This document shows, one piece after another, positions 18,233-27,833 of a stretch of 64,000 bases of DNA (position 1 is its first letter; each line of letters begins with the position of its first letter). Origin of the DNA: Planctomycetota bacterium (GTDB lineage Bacteria > Planctomycetota > J058); NCBI GenBank assembly GCA_041402045.1, contig JAWKSZ010000043.1, positions 1 to 64,000 of the forward strand. The letters are read 5' to 3'. The notes under the pieces were generated by a model. It ran no database searches and was not told the DNA's origin. It saw only the letters and a program-made list of their open reading frames with translations. The position numbers were made by a program, and so were the translations under genes.

Positions 18233-18697
18233 GTGGTCAACACCCCCCAACTGTTCAAAGACGTCCGTGTCCCCCATATCTCCGAGCGTCGTCCTGCCCC
18301 CCGCTGCGAGGCAGAGGGCTGCCAGGAGACCACCCGCAACGGCAAGCCGTTCTGCACCAACCACGTGGAGCACCTGCCCTACGTGGCCGACCTGATCGAC
18401 ACCCTCGACGCCCGCGACGCCGAGCTCGCGCGGGTGCAGCGCCGTGGCGCGCGCTGCGTCGACCCCACCGGGATCACGGCCCAGGAGATCCTGCTCCAGC
18501 TCAAGCTCTACGGCGGTCGAACCATCGCTCGGCTCTCCCGGGACCTCATGCTCGAGGAGGACGTGGTGGAGTCCTACGGACGCGCCCTGGCCAAGCTCGG
18601 CGCGGTCTCGATCGGCCGTCACCGCCGTGGCCTGCTGCTGCACCCCGAGGACCTCGGCTGCGTGCTGCGCCGTCCCTCCGCCGAGACGGCGGCCTGA
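18233..18697 (+). CDS. hypothetical protein
   Basis: GTG start preceded by GAAGGAGAG RBS. Natural composition, 154 aa. Confidence 0.55.
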   Translation: MVNTPQLFKDVRVPHISERRPAPRCEAEGCQETTRNGKPFCTNHVEHLPYVADLIDTLDARDAELARVQRRGARCVDPTGITAQEILLQLKLYGGRTIARLSRDLMLEEDVVESYGRALAKLGAVSIGRHRRGLLLHPEDLGCVLRRPSAETAA

Positions 18698-18700
18698 TCG

Positions 18701-19615
18701 GTGCCCGCGGCGGGCGCGGTCCTGGTCACTGGCGCGACGGGGTTCGTCGGGCACCGGCTGGTGCCTGCGCTGCTCGCGCGCGGGCACGAGGTCGTGTGCA
18801 CCAGCCGCAACCCTCGCGCGGCGCGCCTGCGCTGGCCAGGCCTGCGCTGGGTCCCGCTCGACGTGCACGACCCGGAGACCCTGGACGTGCTCGCGGGCTG
18901 CCGCGCCGCCTACTACCTGGTGCACTCGATCGGCGAGTCGAGCGACTACGCCGAGCGTGAGCGCCGGGCGGCGGCGCGCTTCGGCGAGGCGGCGGCCCGC
19001 CACGGGCTCGAGCGCCTCGTCTACCTGGGCGGCGTGCGCCCGCCGACCGGCTGTTCCCCGCACCTCCGCGCGCGGCTCGAGGTCGGCCGCGCCCTGCGCG
19101 CGGGCGGCGTGAGCGTCGTCGAGCTGCGCGCCGGCATGCTGATCGGCGCCGGCAGCGCGAGCTGGCAGATCGTGAGCGAGCTCGCTGCGCGCCTGCCGGC
19201 CATGCTCCTCCCGCGCTGGCTCGAGCGGCACTCGTGGCCGGTCGGGATCGAGGACACGGTCCACGCGCTGGTGGCGAGCCTCGAGCTCCCCGAGCGCGAC
19301 GCCGAGAGCTACGCGATCCCGGGGCCTGAGCGGATCTGCCACCGCGAGCTCCTGGCGCGCACCGCCGACGCCCAGGACCGGCACCCGTGGATGCTCGGCG
19401 TCCCGTTCGTGACCCCCACGCTCTCGAGCTACTGGATCGCCGCGGTGACGGGCGTGCCTCTGGGCCTGGTGCAGGAGCTCGTCGCCGGGTTGCTCTACGA
19501 GCTCGACCCGTCGACGCCTGCGCTGTGGCCGCTGATCGGCCACACGCCGCAGCCCTTGGATCAGGCGATCGCCGCCGCGCTGGCCGAGCAGGCCGCGCAG
19601 CGCGACGCCGGCTGA
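18701..19615 (+). CDS. NAD(P)-binding atypical SDR / NmrA-like oxidoreductase
   Basis: VTGATGFVGHRLV Rossmann motif. Starts 4 nt after the upstream stop (operon). Confidence 0.7.
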   Translation: MPAAGAVLVTGATGFVGHRLVPALLARGHEVVCTSRNPRAARLRWPGLRWVPLDVHDPETLDVLAGCRAAYYLVHSIGESSDYAERERRAAARFGEAAARHGLERLVYLGGVRPPTGCSPHLRARLEVGRALRAGGVSVVELRAGMLIGAGSASWQIVSELAARLPAMLLPRWLERHSWPVGIEDTVHALVASLELPERDAESYAIPGPERICHRELLARTADAQDRHPWMLGVPFVTPTLSSYWIAAVTGVPLGLVQELVAGLLYELDPSTPALWPLIGHTPQPLDQAIAAALAEQAAQRDAG

Positions 19616-19685
19616 GGCCCGCTCCCTCCTGACTCACTCGAACCCGGCGCGCCCGAGGGACGCGCCGGGTGGCGCAACCAAACGA

Positions 19686-19712
19686 AAACGGCGCGCCGGA
19701 GGCGCGCCGTTT
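19686..19712. terminator. bidirectional intrinsic terminator hairpin (12-bp perfect stem AAACGGCGCGCC-GGA-GGCGCGCCGTTT) between convergent genes
   Basis: Flanked by T/U-rich runs on both strands. Further GC hairpins lie at 19643..19669 and 19730..19747. Confidence 0.6.
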
Positions 19713-19757
19713 GGCGTTGGACAGCGAGCGGCGCCCCGCGGGGCGCCGTCCTCGAAC

Positions 19758-20369
19758 CTAGCGGCTGAGGAACTCGACGACCTGGTTGATGTCGACCGGG
19801 AGGCTGATCTCGTCGGCGACGGGCAGGCGCGTGATCTTGATCGTCAGCGCGTCCTTGTCGATCGCGAGGAACTCCGCGATGTCGCGGTCGATCTCCTCGA
19901 GGAGCTTGGTGTAGTGAGTCTTGAGGTTGTCGCGGCCGCGCACGGCGATCACGTCCTCGGCGCGCACGATCCGGCTGGGGACCTTGCAGCGCACGCCGTT
20001 GACCATGAAGTGCCCGTGGGCCACGGCCTGGCGCGCCTGGGCGCGGGTCTTGGCGAAGCCAGCGCGCCAGAGCACGTTGTCCATGCGGCGCTCGCACATG
20101 AGCAGCAGGTTCTCGCCCTTGTTGCCCTTCTTGCGGCTGGACTTGGCGAAGAACCGGCGGAGCTGCTTCTCGCTGAGGCCGTAGTAGTGGCGGACGGTCT
20201 GCTTCTCCATGAGCGCCAGGCCGTAGGGGGTCAGCTTGCGGCGGCGCCAGGGGTGCATGCCCGGCTTGAAGGGGCGGCGGCGGGACGCGCGGACGGCGCC
20301 GCTCGAGTCGTAGACGTCGATCCCCAGGCGGCGATTGATGCGAGCCTTGGGTCCGGTGTAGTGAGCCAT
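19758..20369 (-). CDS. rpsD: 30S ribosomal protein S4
   Basis: MAHYTGPKARINRRLG... is the canonical S4 N-terminus. GAGG RBS 7 nt upstream. 203 aa. Confidence 0.9.
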   Translation of the reverse strand: MAHYTGPKARINRRLGIDVYDSSGAVRASRRRPFKPGMHPWRRRKLTPYGLALMEKQTVRHYYGLSEKQLRRFFAKSSRKKGNKGENLLLMCERRMDNVLWRAGFAKTRAQARQAVAHGHFMVNGVRCKVPSRIVRAEDVIAVRGRDNLKTHYTKLLEEIDRDIAEFLAIDKDALTIKITRLPVADEISLPVDINQVVEFLSR

Positions 20370-20552
20370 GAGTGGTCCTCTGCGAGCTGTCTCAGCGCAG
20401 CCCGCTCCGTGTCTAGAACGCGGATGGTTTGCTTGTATGCCCGCTCGCGGTGGGCCGCGAACGAAGGCGCGTAGTTTAGCGTGGGCCGCCGGAGGGGTCC
20501 AGCGCGCGCACAGAAAACCATAACCGGCCAACAACGCGGGACTTGAGCCGAT

Positions 20553-22547
20553 TCATCCGAGCCTCTGCTTGAGGTGCAGATCGTCCAGGGTGCGCACACG
20601 GTCGATCTCGCTCAAGTCCTTCTCGCCGGTGCGGATCCGCACGATCTTGGGGTCGCGCAGCGAGAGCAGGCCGCCCTCGTCGCGCACGACCCCCTCGAAG
20701 CGGACCGTCGCCACGATCCCCGGGCGGAGCTCGACCCCGGCCTTGAGCCCGGTCGAGGTCTGGCGCTCGAGGGTTCGGCCGCTGAGCAAGCCCTCGTCGA
20801 GGATGGCCTGCATGAGCTGGGCCGAGTCCCGGGCGCCGAGGCCCTGGACGCGGCCCACCTCGACCAGCGCCGGCCCGTCCCCCAGCGCAGCGATCAGGTA
20901 GGTCCCGAAGCTGGCCCCGGGGCCGTCGGCGCTCGTGGTGTAGAGCGCGCCGACGACCGCGAGGTCGAGGGTCAGCGCCGGCTTGAGCTTGGTCCAGCGG
21001 TCGGAGCGCCGCCCGAGCTCGTAGGGCGAGTGCGGGTCCTTGGCGATCCCGCCCTCGTGTCCCTGGCTGCGGAACAGCTCGTAGAGCCGGCGCATGCTGG
21101 CCGCGTCCTGGACCAGGTCGCCGTCGGAGAGCGCGACCGGCAGCGGCAGGGGCAGCGCGGCGATCGGGGCCAGGAGCGCGCTCAGCGCCGCGCGGCGCTT
21201 GACCAGCGGCTCGCCGGTCAGGTCGCGCCCGTCGAGGTAGAGCAGGTCGAAGGCGGCGAAGCGGTAGCGCAGGGGCGGCCCCTCGCCGCGCAGGGTCTTG
21301 AGCAGGTCGTAGACCGAGGCCGGGCGCGGCCCGAGCTCGGTGAACACGTGGGCGTGCAGCTCGCCGTCGACGATCGCGTCGCGGCAGGGCAGCGCCCAGG
21401 CCAGGGCCTGGAGCCCGGGGATCTGCTGGGTCCAGTCCAGGCGCCGGCGGGTGAAGGCCGCGCAGCGCACGCCGCCGTGCTCGTTGGTCGCCTTGTGGAC
21501 CATGAGCCGGATCCCGTCGTACTTCGTCTCGAACAGCACCGGGAAGCGCTGGTCACTCGGCACCTCGGGGCCGGCGAGCATGGGGCCCACCGGCGCCAGG
21601 GGCTTGAGCGCCAGGGCCGCGAGCCCGGCGTGGCCCTCCTCCTCGAGCAGGTGCGCGAGCTCGAACATGTCGACCAGCGAGCGGGCCACGTCGAGCCGCG
21701 CGCGCTCGGCGCCGGTGACCTCGGCCAGGGCGTCGATCAGCGCGTCGTCGCCCAGGGTCTGGCCCACCCGGCTGCCCTGGCGGAGGAAGCCCACGAGGAA
21801 GAAGCGCTCGAGGCGTCCGGCGCGGCCGAGGAGCGAGGCCAGGGCGTCGCGCTTGAGCCGGGTCGGCAGGCCCTTGAGCCCGCGCAGGGCGACCAGCACC
21901 TCACGGGTCGTGAGCGGGGGATCGCTCCGGTGCAGCTCTGCGTGGGACACGAACAGCTCGCGCAGGTCGCCGACGCGTCCCAGTGTGTTTCGCAGCGCGC
22001 CGGGGGAGGTCATGCTCACCGTGGCCAGGGCGTCGAGGAGCACGTTCAGGCTCGTGCCCAGCCGACCCCCGGCGAAGGGGTCGCCGCGCACGAGGCACAC
22101 CTTGTCGACCAGGCTCAGCCCGGTGTCGGGCTGGGCCAGGAACCCGCTGACCAGCGCGCGGCGGCCGGCGCCGTCGAGGCGCCCCGGGCCGCGCAGCCCG
22201 AACAGGCGCAGGCTGCGCGCGGGGGCGAGCCCCGCGAGGGGCAGGAGCAGGCCGTAGCACACGTCGTGGAACGGGAGCGAGTCGAGGAAGCCCTCGGGGG
22301 GGACCTCGTGCGGGTCCTCGCGCCAGCGCTGCCACAGCGCGCAGGCGAGGTGGTCGGGCAGGCCGAGCGCGTCCTGGGCCGAGCGCATGCGCGCCAGCTC
22401 GGCCTCCCGCGAGCGGGGCTCGCCCAGGGGCTGGGCCAGGAGCTCCCAGAACCCGCGCACGGGGCCCTGGTCGCGGGCGCGCTCCGCCACGTCGTCGGCG
22501 CCGATCAGGCGCACGGCTGCTGCGAGGTCGCTCACGGGGTCGCCCAC
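20553..22547 (-). CDS. ATP-dependent DNA ligase (N-terminal DNA-binding domain + adenylation KYDG + OB)
   Basis: Motif I FETKYDGIRLMVH. GTG start overlaps the stop of the upstream KaiC-like gene (TAGTG). The first ~250 codons of ORF 20553..23309 were rejected as read-through. Confidence 0.8.
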   Translation of the reverse strand: MGDPVSDLAAAVRLIGADDVAERARDQGPVRGFWELLAQPLGEPRSREAELARMRSAQDALGLPDHLACALWQRWREDPHEVPPEGFLDSLPFHDVCYGLLLPLAGLAPARSLRLFGLRGPGRLDGAGRRALVSGFLAQPDTGLSLVDKVCLVRGDPFAGGRLGTSLNVLLDALATVSMTSPGALRNTLGRVGDLRELFVSHAELHRSDPPLTTREVLVALRGLKGLPTRLKRDALASLLGRAGRLERFFLVGFLRQGSRVGQTLGDDALIDALAEVTGAERARLDVARSLVDMFELAHLLEEEGHAGLAALALKPLAPVGPMLAGPEVPSDQRFPVLFETKYDGIRLMVHKATNEHGGVRCAAFTRRRLDWTQQIPGLQALAWALPCRDAIVDGELHAHVFTELGPRPASVYDLLKTLRGEGPPLRYRFAAFDLLYLDGRDLTGEPLVKRRAALSALLAPIAALPLPLPVALSDGDLVQDAASMRRLYELFRSQGHEGGIAKDPHSPYELGRRSDRWTKLKPALTLDLAVVGALYTTSADGPGASFGTYLIAALGDGPALVEVGRVQGLGARDSAQLMQAILDEGLLSGRTLERQTSTGLKAGVELRPGIVATVRFEGVVRDEGGLLSLRDPKIVRIRTGEKDLSEIDRVRTLDDLHLKQRLG

Positions 22548-23827
22548 TACGCCAGCGGGGGCAGGGCGTAGTCTTCGGGGTGGCTGGGGTGCACGATCAT
22601 GCGCCCGTCCTGGTCGAGCTTGATCCGCACCGGCCGGGGGAAGATCGGCGTGGTCACGCTCTTGATCGCGCGCAGCACGGTGATCTTGTCGCGGTACTTG
22701 CCGCCCCAGAAGTCGGCCATGTCCTTGGAGCCCAGCGCCAGGCTCTCGATCAGGAACACGACGTCGGCGGTGTGCATGAGCGGCTGCCCGCCCACCGGCT
22801 CCCCGGTGTCCTTGACCTGCCCGATCGTGACGCAGGTCACGCCGTGGCTGTGGTTGTAGGTCTTGAGCGTCGCCAGGTTGTCGGCGGTGCGGGTCTTGCT
22901 CGGGTCGAGGGTGTTCAGCGAGTCGACGACGACGAAGCGCACGCCCTCTTGCTCGACCACGTGGCGGTAGCGGCGAATGAAGTCGTCCCAGCTGTGTCCG
23001 CGGTGGTACTGCGCGAGGATGATCAGCACGTTGGGCAGGACCTTCTCGCGCAGCCCCGCCTCGTCGAGGCCGGTGGCGGCCATGGCCAGCTTCACGAAGC
23101 GGCTGCAGAGGTCGTCGCGCCCGCTCTGCTCCTCGTCGCGGAAGCCCTCCTCGGCGACGACGTAGGCGCACTTGGTCCCGCTGGCGGCGACCCGGGCCAC
23201 GGCCTCGAGCATGCTGCGGGTCTTGCCCTTCCCCGGAGGGCCCGCGAAGGCCACGGTGCAGCCCTTGGGGATCCCGCCCAGGGCGGTCTTGGCGTCGGGG
23301 CTCAGGCACAGCCGGTCGAGGACCTGCTGCACGGGGAGCGCCTCTTGCTCCTTGAGCAGGTCCTCGATCAGGGCGGGCTTGACGATGTCCGCCTCGAGCC
23401 CCTGCTCCTCCTCCTCGTTCACCCCGGCGAAGGGCTGCGCCGAGGGGTCGACCCCGCCCATGCCCAGCATGGACTGGGTCATTTGCATCATCTGCATCAT
23501 CTGGGCCATGGGGTTGCCGTAGCCCATGGGCATCATGCCGCCCTGGGCGCCGGGGTAGACCCCGCCCTGCATGCCCATGCCCGGCTGCATGCCGCCCATG
23601 CCCATGCCCTGCATCCCAGGCTGCATGCCCATGCCCGGCTGCATGCCGCCCATGCCCTGCATGCCCATGCCGGGCTGCATGCCGCCCATGCCCATGCCCT
23701 GCATCCCAGGCTGCATGCCGCCCATGCCCGGCTGCATGCCCATGCCCGGTTGCATGGCCTGCGGCTGCGCGGGGGCCTCGGCCTCCGCGACGGCCTTGGT
23801 CTTCTTGGTGGTCTTCTTCTTGGCCAT
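22547..23827 (-). CDS. KaiC/RadA-like RecA-superfamily ATPase with a Met/Gly/Gln/Pro-rich low-complexity N-terminus
   Basis: Start MAKKKTTKKTK with GAGGAG RBS. Walker A AGPPGKGKT and Walker B FVVVDSLN. N-terminal QPGMGMQPGMGGM repeats. Confidence 0.8.
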   Translation of the reverse strand: MAKKKTTKKTKAVAEAEAPAQPQAMQPGMGMQPGMGGMQPGMQGMGMGGMQPGMGMQGMGGMQPGMGMQPGMQGMGMGGMQPGMGMQGGVYPGAQGGMMPMGYGNPMAQMMQMMQMTQSMLGMGGVDPSAQPFAGVNEEEEQGLEADIVKPALIEDLLKEQEALPVQQVLDRLCLSPDAKTALGGIPKGCTVAFAGPPGKGKTRSMLEAVARVAASGTKCAYVVAEEGFRDEEQSGRDDLCSRFVKLAMAATGLDEAGLREKVLPNVLIILAQYHRGHSWDDFIRRYRHVVEQEGVRFVVVDSLNTLDPSKTRTADNLATLKTYNHSHGVTCVTIGQVKDTGEPVGGQPLMHTADVVFLIESLALGSKDMADFWGGKYRDKITVLRAIKSVTTPIFPRPVRIKLDQDGRMIVHPSHPEDYALPPLA

Positions 23828-24260
23828 GACGCTCCTCGGGATCGGGCGGAATCCTAAAGGAGCAGAGGACGTTCGGCCACGACGCCAGACGGCAGACGCT
23901 CGCCCGGTGCAGCTCCGCGAGGTCGGCATCGGCGCGCGGGATCCCTCCGAGATCGAGGAGGTGGAGGGACGGCCCTACCGGGAGCAGCGAGCTGCTCCCC
24001 TACAGGTTTTCTGGCCAAGGGACGGCGGCTGGCTCCGCGAGGTCCAGCTCGTCGCCGGCGCGCCTGCGATCCCGGCACGCCGGCGAGCGGCGTCCGCCGC
24101 GAGCGCGCAGCGAGCGCGCAGCGATCGCCGGCGCGCCCTGCGAGCGGCGTCAGCCGCTCGCGCGCAGGCGGCCGGCGAAGCCGGCCGCGAGCCCTTGGGG
24201 TGAGGCCGAGGGGCTTTGCCCCGAGGCCGAGGGGTCTGGGACAGACCCCCTGAGGCATCA

Positions 24261-24316
24261 GTTCCTTGGGCGGCGCAAGCAGTGACTTCGTCACTGCTTG
24301 CGCCGCCCAAGGAACC
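24261..24316 (-). terminator. perfect 26-bp inverted repeat (3-nt loop) spanning the stop codon of the kinase gene; putative terminator or structured element
   Basis: gttccttgggcggcgcaagcagtgac-ttc-gtcactgcttgcgccgcccaaggaac. Confidence 0.5.
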
Positions 24317-26117
24317 GGCCCAGCAGCGCCTTGGCCTTGAGCTTGCGCTGGCCGGCGCGGAGGAAGCCGTCGAGGTCGCTCTCGAGCTGGCGCGCGCTGG
24401 CGTAGCGATCGTCCTGCGCCTTCTCCATGCAGCGCAGCACGATGTCCGCGACCTTGCGCGGGATCTGGTCGTTGAGCTTGACCGGGTCCTTGGGCGGCTG
24501 GGAGAGCACCTGCTTGATGATCTTGCGCGGGTCGCGGCCCGAGAACGGGGGCTTCCCGGTGAGCAGGAAGTAGAAGGTCGCGCCCAGGGAGTAGATGTCG
24601 CTGGTGGCGTTGATCGAGCCGTGGCCGCCGCGGGGCTGAGCCTGCTCGGGGGGCATGTAGGAGGGCGTGCCCATGATCAGGCCCTTGTCGCGGCTCTTGG
24701 CCTCTTGCTCGGCGACGAGGCCGAAGTCGATCAGCAGGCTGCGGTAGGGCTGGGCCGTGGTGTCGAGCATGATGTTCTGCGGCTTGAGGTCGCGGTGGTA
24801 GATCTTCTGCGCGTGCACGTAGCTCAGCGCCGAGGCGATCTCCTTCACGATCCGGACCGCGAACAGCGCGGGCAGCGGACCCTTGCGCTGGACCTGCTGC
24901 CGGGCCTCGAGGCCCTCGATCAGCTCCATGGAGTAGTAGGTGAGGCCGGCTTCGACGCCGGCGTCGAACATGCGCACGATGTGCGGGTGGTCGAAGCCGA
25001 TCAGCGCGCGCACCTCGTCGAGGAAGCGCTCGGTCTCGGCGTCGGACTGGTGCATCATGACCTTCAAGGCCAGGTTGCCCTCGTAGCCGCGCTGGGTGGC
25101 CATGGACTTGGCCATGCCGGTCGGCTCGACCTCGAGCACCACGCCGAAGGCGCCGCGCGCGATCTCGCGCAGGATCTGGTAGTCGCCGACCTTCAGCCCC
25201 TCGAACTTGGCGCGGGCCTTGAGCCGACGCTGGAACTCGTTGCGGTCGAGGCTCCCCCCCGGCGCCCTCCCCGGCACCAGGGTCGGCTGCGGCCGAGCCA
25301 CCTGGCGCGTGGGCGAGGTCGAGTCGTTCATGATCATGGTCGGCTGGGCGAGGATCTCCTCCTCGGAGTCGGTCAGCCCGCCGCCCTCTTCCTTCACGAT
25401 CATGGTGGGCTGCGCGAGGAGCTCGTCCTCGCTCAGCCCGCCGCCGGGGTCCTGGTCGCTCACGATCATGGTCGGCTGCGCGAACAGCTCGTCCTCGTCG
25501 AGGGCCTCCTCCTCCGCGCGCTTGGCCGCGCGCTGGGCCTGCATGGCCTCGAACTCCGCCTCGCTGAGCATGTCGTCACGGGCCGCGCTCGTGCTGGGCA
25601 CGATCAGGGTCGGCTGCGCGTAGAGGTCGTCGTCGCTGAGGTCCATGCCCCGGGTGTCGGCCACGATCATGGTCGGCTGCGCGTAGAGGTCGTCCTCGCT
25701 CGGGCCGCCGAAGTCGGGCTCGTCGTCGCTGGGCAGGTCGATCGCGGGGAGCGTCGCCGGCGGGCCGAGGGCCGCGCTGGCGTGGGGCGCGAGCTCGGGC
25801 TCGCTGTCGGGCCCCAGGCCGTCGACCTCGTCCTCCATGGGGATCACGAGGGCGTCGGCCTCTTGCTCGAGGACGCTGCTGGGGGTCGGCGCTGGCGGCG
25901 GCTGTTGGCCGCGGGCGGCGGCGGCGGCGCGGCGGAACTCGGCGATCAGCCGCTCCCAGCCGGGTCGATCGAGGAGCCCGGCGCGGACCAGGATCTGGTC
26001 GAAGGTCATGCCCGGCGCGCGCGGAGCGAGCTCCATGGCCCGCTGCAACCCCACCCGATCCACCAGCCCCAGCTTCAGCGCGAGCTGGGCGAGGAGGGTA
26101 TCGCGGGGGTTGAGCAT
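24291..26117 (-). CDS. Ser/Thr protein kinase with N-terminal acidic domain carrying 5 copies of a (D/E)(L/I)(Y/F/L)AQPTMIV repeat
   Basis: Start MLNPRDTLLAQ with GAGG RBS. Kinase motifs HRDLKPQNIML, DFGL and PPEQ. Confidence 0.8.
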   Translation of the reverse strand: MLNPRDTLLAQLALKLGLVDRVGLQRAMELAPRAPGMTFDQILVRAGLLDRPGWERLIAEFRRAAAAARGQQPPPAPTPSSVLEQEADALVIPMEDEVDGLGPDSEPELAPHASAALGPPATLPAIDLPSDDEPDFGGPSEDDLYAQPTMIVADTRGMDLSDDDLYAQPTLIVPSTSAARDDMLSEAEFEAMQAQRAAKRAEEEALDEDELFAQPTMIVSDQDPGGGLSEDELLAQPTMIVKEEGGGLTDSEEEILAQPTMIMNDSTSPTRQVARPQPTLVPGRAPGGSLDRNEFQRRLKARAKFEGLKVGDYQILREIARGAFGVVLEVEPTGMAKSMATQRGYEGNLALKVMMHQSDAETERFLDEVRALIGFDHPHIVRMFDAGVEAGLTYYSMELIEGLEARQQVQRKGPLPALFAVRIVKEIASALSYVHAQKIYHRDLKPQNIMLDTTAQPYRSLLIDFGLVAEQEAKSRDKGLIMGTPSYMPPEQAQPRGGHGSINATSDIYSLGATFYFLLTGKPPFSGRDPRKIIKQVLSQPPKDPVKLNDQIPRKVADIVLRCMEKAQDDRYASARQLESDLDGFLRAGQRKLKAKALLGRFLGRRKQ

Positions 26118-26408
26118 GAACGACCTCGAACTGCAGCATACCGCTTGCCACGGCCCGAGCGTAGTCCTGGTCTCGCGTGGTCTTACGTCCAGGCTTGGGC
26201 TACACTCGAAGCGCACGCACAGCGCGCGGAGGCGCCCCTGACCCAGCCCGAGGGTCCACCTCAGGAGCCCGCCGACGCCAGCTCGGGGCGCGGAGCGATC
26301 AGCTCCAGCGAGACGATCGAGCTGGCCGGCGCCGAGACGACGCCCCCCCGCGGGGGCGGCGACCCCAGCACCGAGACCGGATCCCTCCTGGGCGGGCTGC
26401 GCTCGGGG

Positions 26409-27833
26409 TTGAGCGACCTGCGCCAGCGGGTCAGCGGCGAGTCCGGTGACCCGCCCCCGCCCCTGACCCCGGCCGACGAGTCCCACGCGGTCCTGCCCCC
26501 GGGCACCCAGCTCGGTCGCTACACCCTCGAGGCGACCCTGGGCAAGGGCGGCATGGGCGTGGTCTACAAGGCCCACGACACCTCGCTCAACCGCCACGTC
26601 GCGCTCAAGGTCCTCTCGCAGGACCTCAGCCGCAACAGCCAGTTCACCGCGCGCTTCCGCCGCGAGGCGCAGGCCTGCGCGCAGCTCAGCCACCCGAACA
26701 TTACGCACATTTACACGATCTCCGACGACACCGACCCCTGTCAGTACTTCGTCATGGAGTTCGTCGACGGCCCGACCCTCGCCGAGCGCGTCGAGCGCGA
26801 CGGGCCGCTGCCGGTGGGCGAGATCCTCGAGATCGGGCGCCAGACGGCGCGCGGCCTGCAGGCGGCGGCGCGGCACAAGATCGTGCACCGCGATATCAAG
26901 CCTTCGAACCTCATGCTCACGAGCTCGGGGCAGGTCAAGATCACCGACTTCGGCCTGGCCAAGGCGCGCGCCGACATGGGCCACACCCTCGACCTGACCT
27001 CGACCGGGGTCGTCATGGGCACGCCCTTGTTCATGAGCCCGGAGCAGGGCCGCGGGAAGACGATCGACCACCGCTCGGACATGTACAGCCTGGGCGCGAC
27101 CTTGTTCTTCCTCGCCTACGGCTGCCCGCCGTTCGAGGCGGACTCGCCGGTGGCGATCATTCTGCGCCACATAAACGACCAGGTCGTGTTCCCCGAGACC
27201 CGCGAGGTCCCCGAGTCGTTCAAGGCGCTCCTGCGCTACCTGCTGGCCAAGGACGCCTCGCGCCGGCCCCAGGACTACGACCAGCTCCTCGAGGACATAG
27301 ACCGCGCCGAGCGCGGCGAGACCCTGGCCCAGTCGGCGACGCGGGTCGTGACCCTCTCGCCGCCGCGGAGCACCGCGCGCCGCAGCCTGTTCAAGGCCGG
27401 CAAGCTCGCGGTGGCCCGCACGAACCTCAAGCTCAAGCGCCGCGACAAGGCCGAGGCCCTGCTCGCCGAGGCGATCCAGGACGGGGACCCCAGCCTGAGG
27501 TGCGAGGCCGCGCTGCTCCTGCTCGAGCTGCGCGAATCCGCGGGGGAGCACGGCGACGTCGAGCGCCTGATCCAGATCGTGGCCGAGACCGCGCGGGACC
27601 CGGAGACCAAGGCCTTCGCCGCCTGGAAGCTGGCCGAGCTCGACCAGCGCCGCGCGATCGAGAGCCTGGTGAACGCGGTCGAGCGCCTGCAGGCGATCGA
27701 GCTCGAGCGCCCGCCGGAGCTCCCGGCCGCGCTCCTCGACGAGCAGCTCGTGCGGCTGCGCGAGCAGCTCTCTGCCCTCGAGCGCGAGCAGGGCACGGTG
27801 CGCCTGTTCCTCGGGCGCTCTCCGGGCGCGTGA
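26409..27833 (+). CDS. Ser/Thr protein kinase; N-terminal extent uncertain
   Basis: Kinase motifs GKGGMGVVYKA, HRDIKPSN and DFGLAK. First canonical start is TTG 26409, but high third-position GC in frame back to about 26215 suggests an extension. Divergent from the kinase 24291..26117. Confidence 0.65.
   Translation: MSDLRQRVSGESGDPPPPLTPADESHAVLPPGTQLGRYTLEATLGKGGMGVVYKAHDTSLNRHVALKVLSQDLSRNSQFTARFRREAQACAQLSHPNITHIYTISDDTDPCQYFVMEFVDGPTLAERVERDGPLPVGEILEIGRQTARGLQAAARHKIVHRDIKPSNLMLTSSGQVKITDFGLAKARADMGHTLDLTSTGVVMGTPLFMSPEQGRGKTIDHRSDMYSLGATLFFLAYGCPPFEADSPVAIILRHINDQVVFPETREVPESFKALLRYLLAKDASRRPQDYDQLLEDIDRAERGETLAQSATRVVTLSPPRSTARRSLFKAGKLAVARTNLKLKRRDKAEALLAEAIQDGDPSLRCEAALLLLELRESAGEHGDVERLIQIVAETARDPETKAFAAWKLAELDQRRAIESLVNAVERLQAIELERPPELPAALLDEQLVRLREQLSALEREQGTVRLFLGRSPGA

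Noticed and set aside
22700-23309. N-terminal about 250 codons of ORF 20553..23309 (would make a 918-aa ligase)
   Set aside because: The region overlaps the KaiC-like gene in another frame and is R/G/P-rich. The ligase more plausibly starts at the GTG overlapping the upstream stop (22545..22547).
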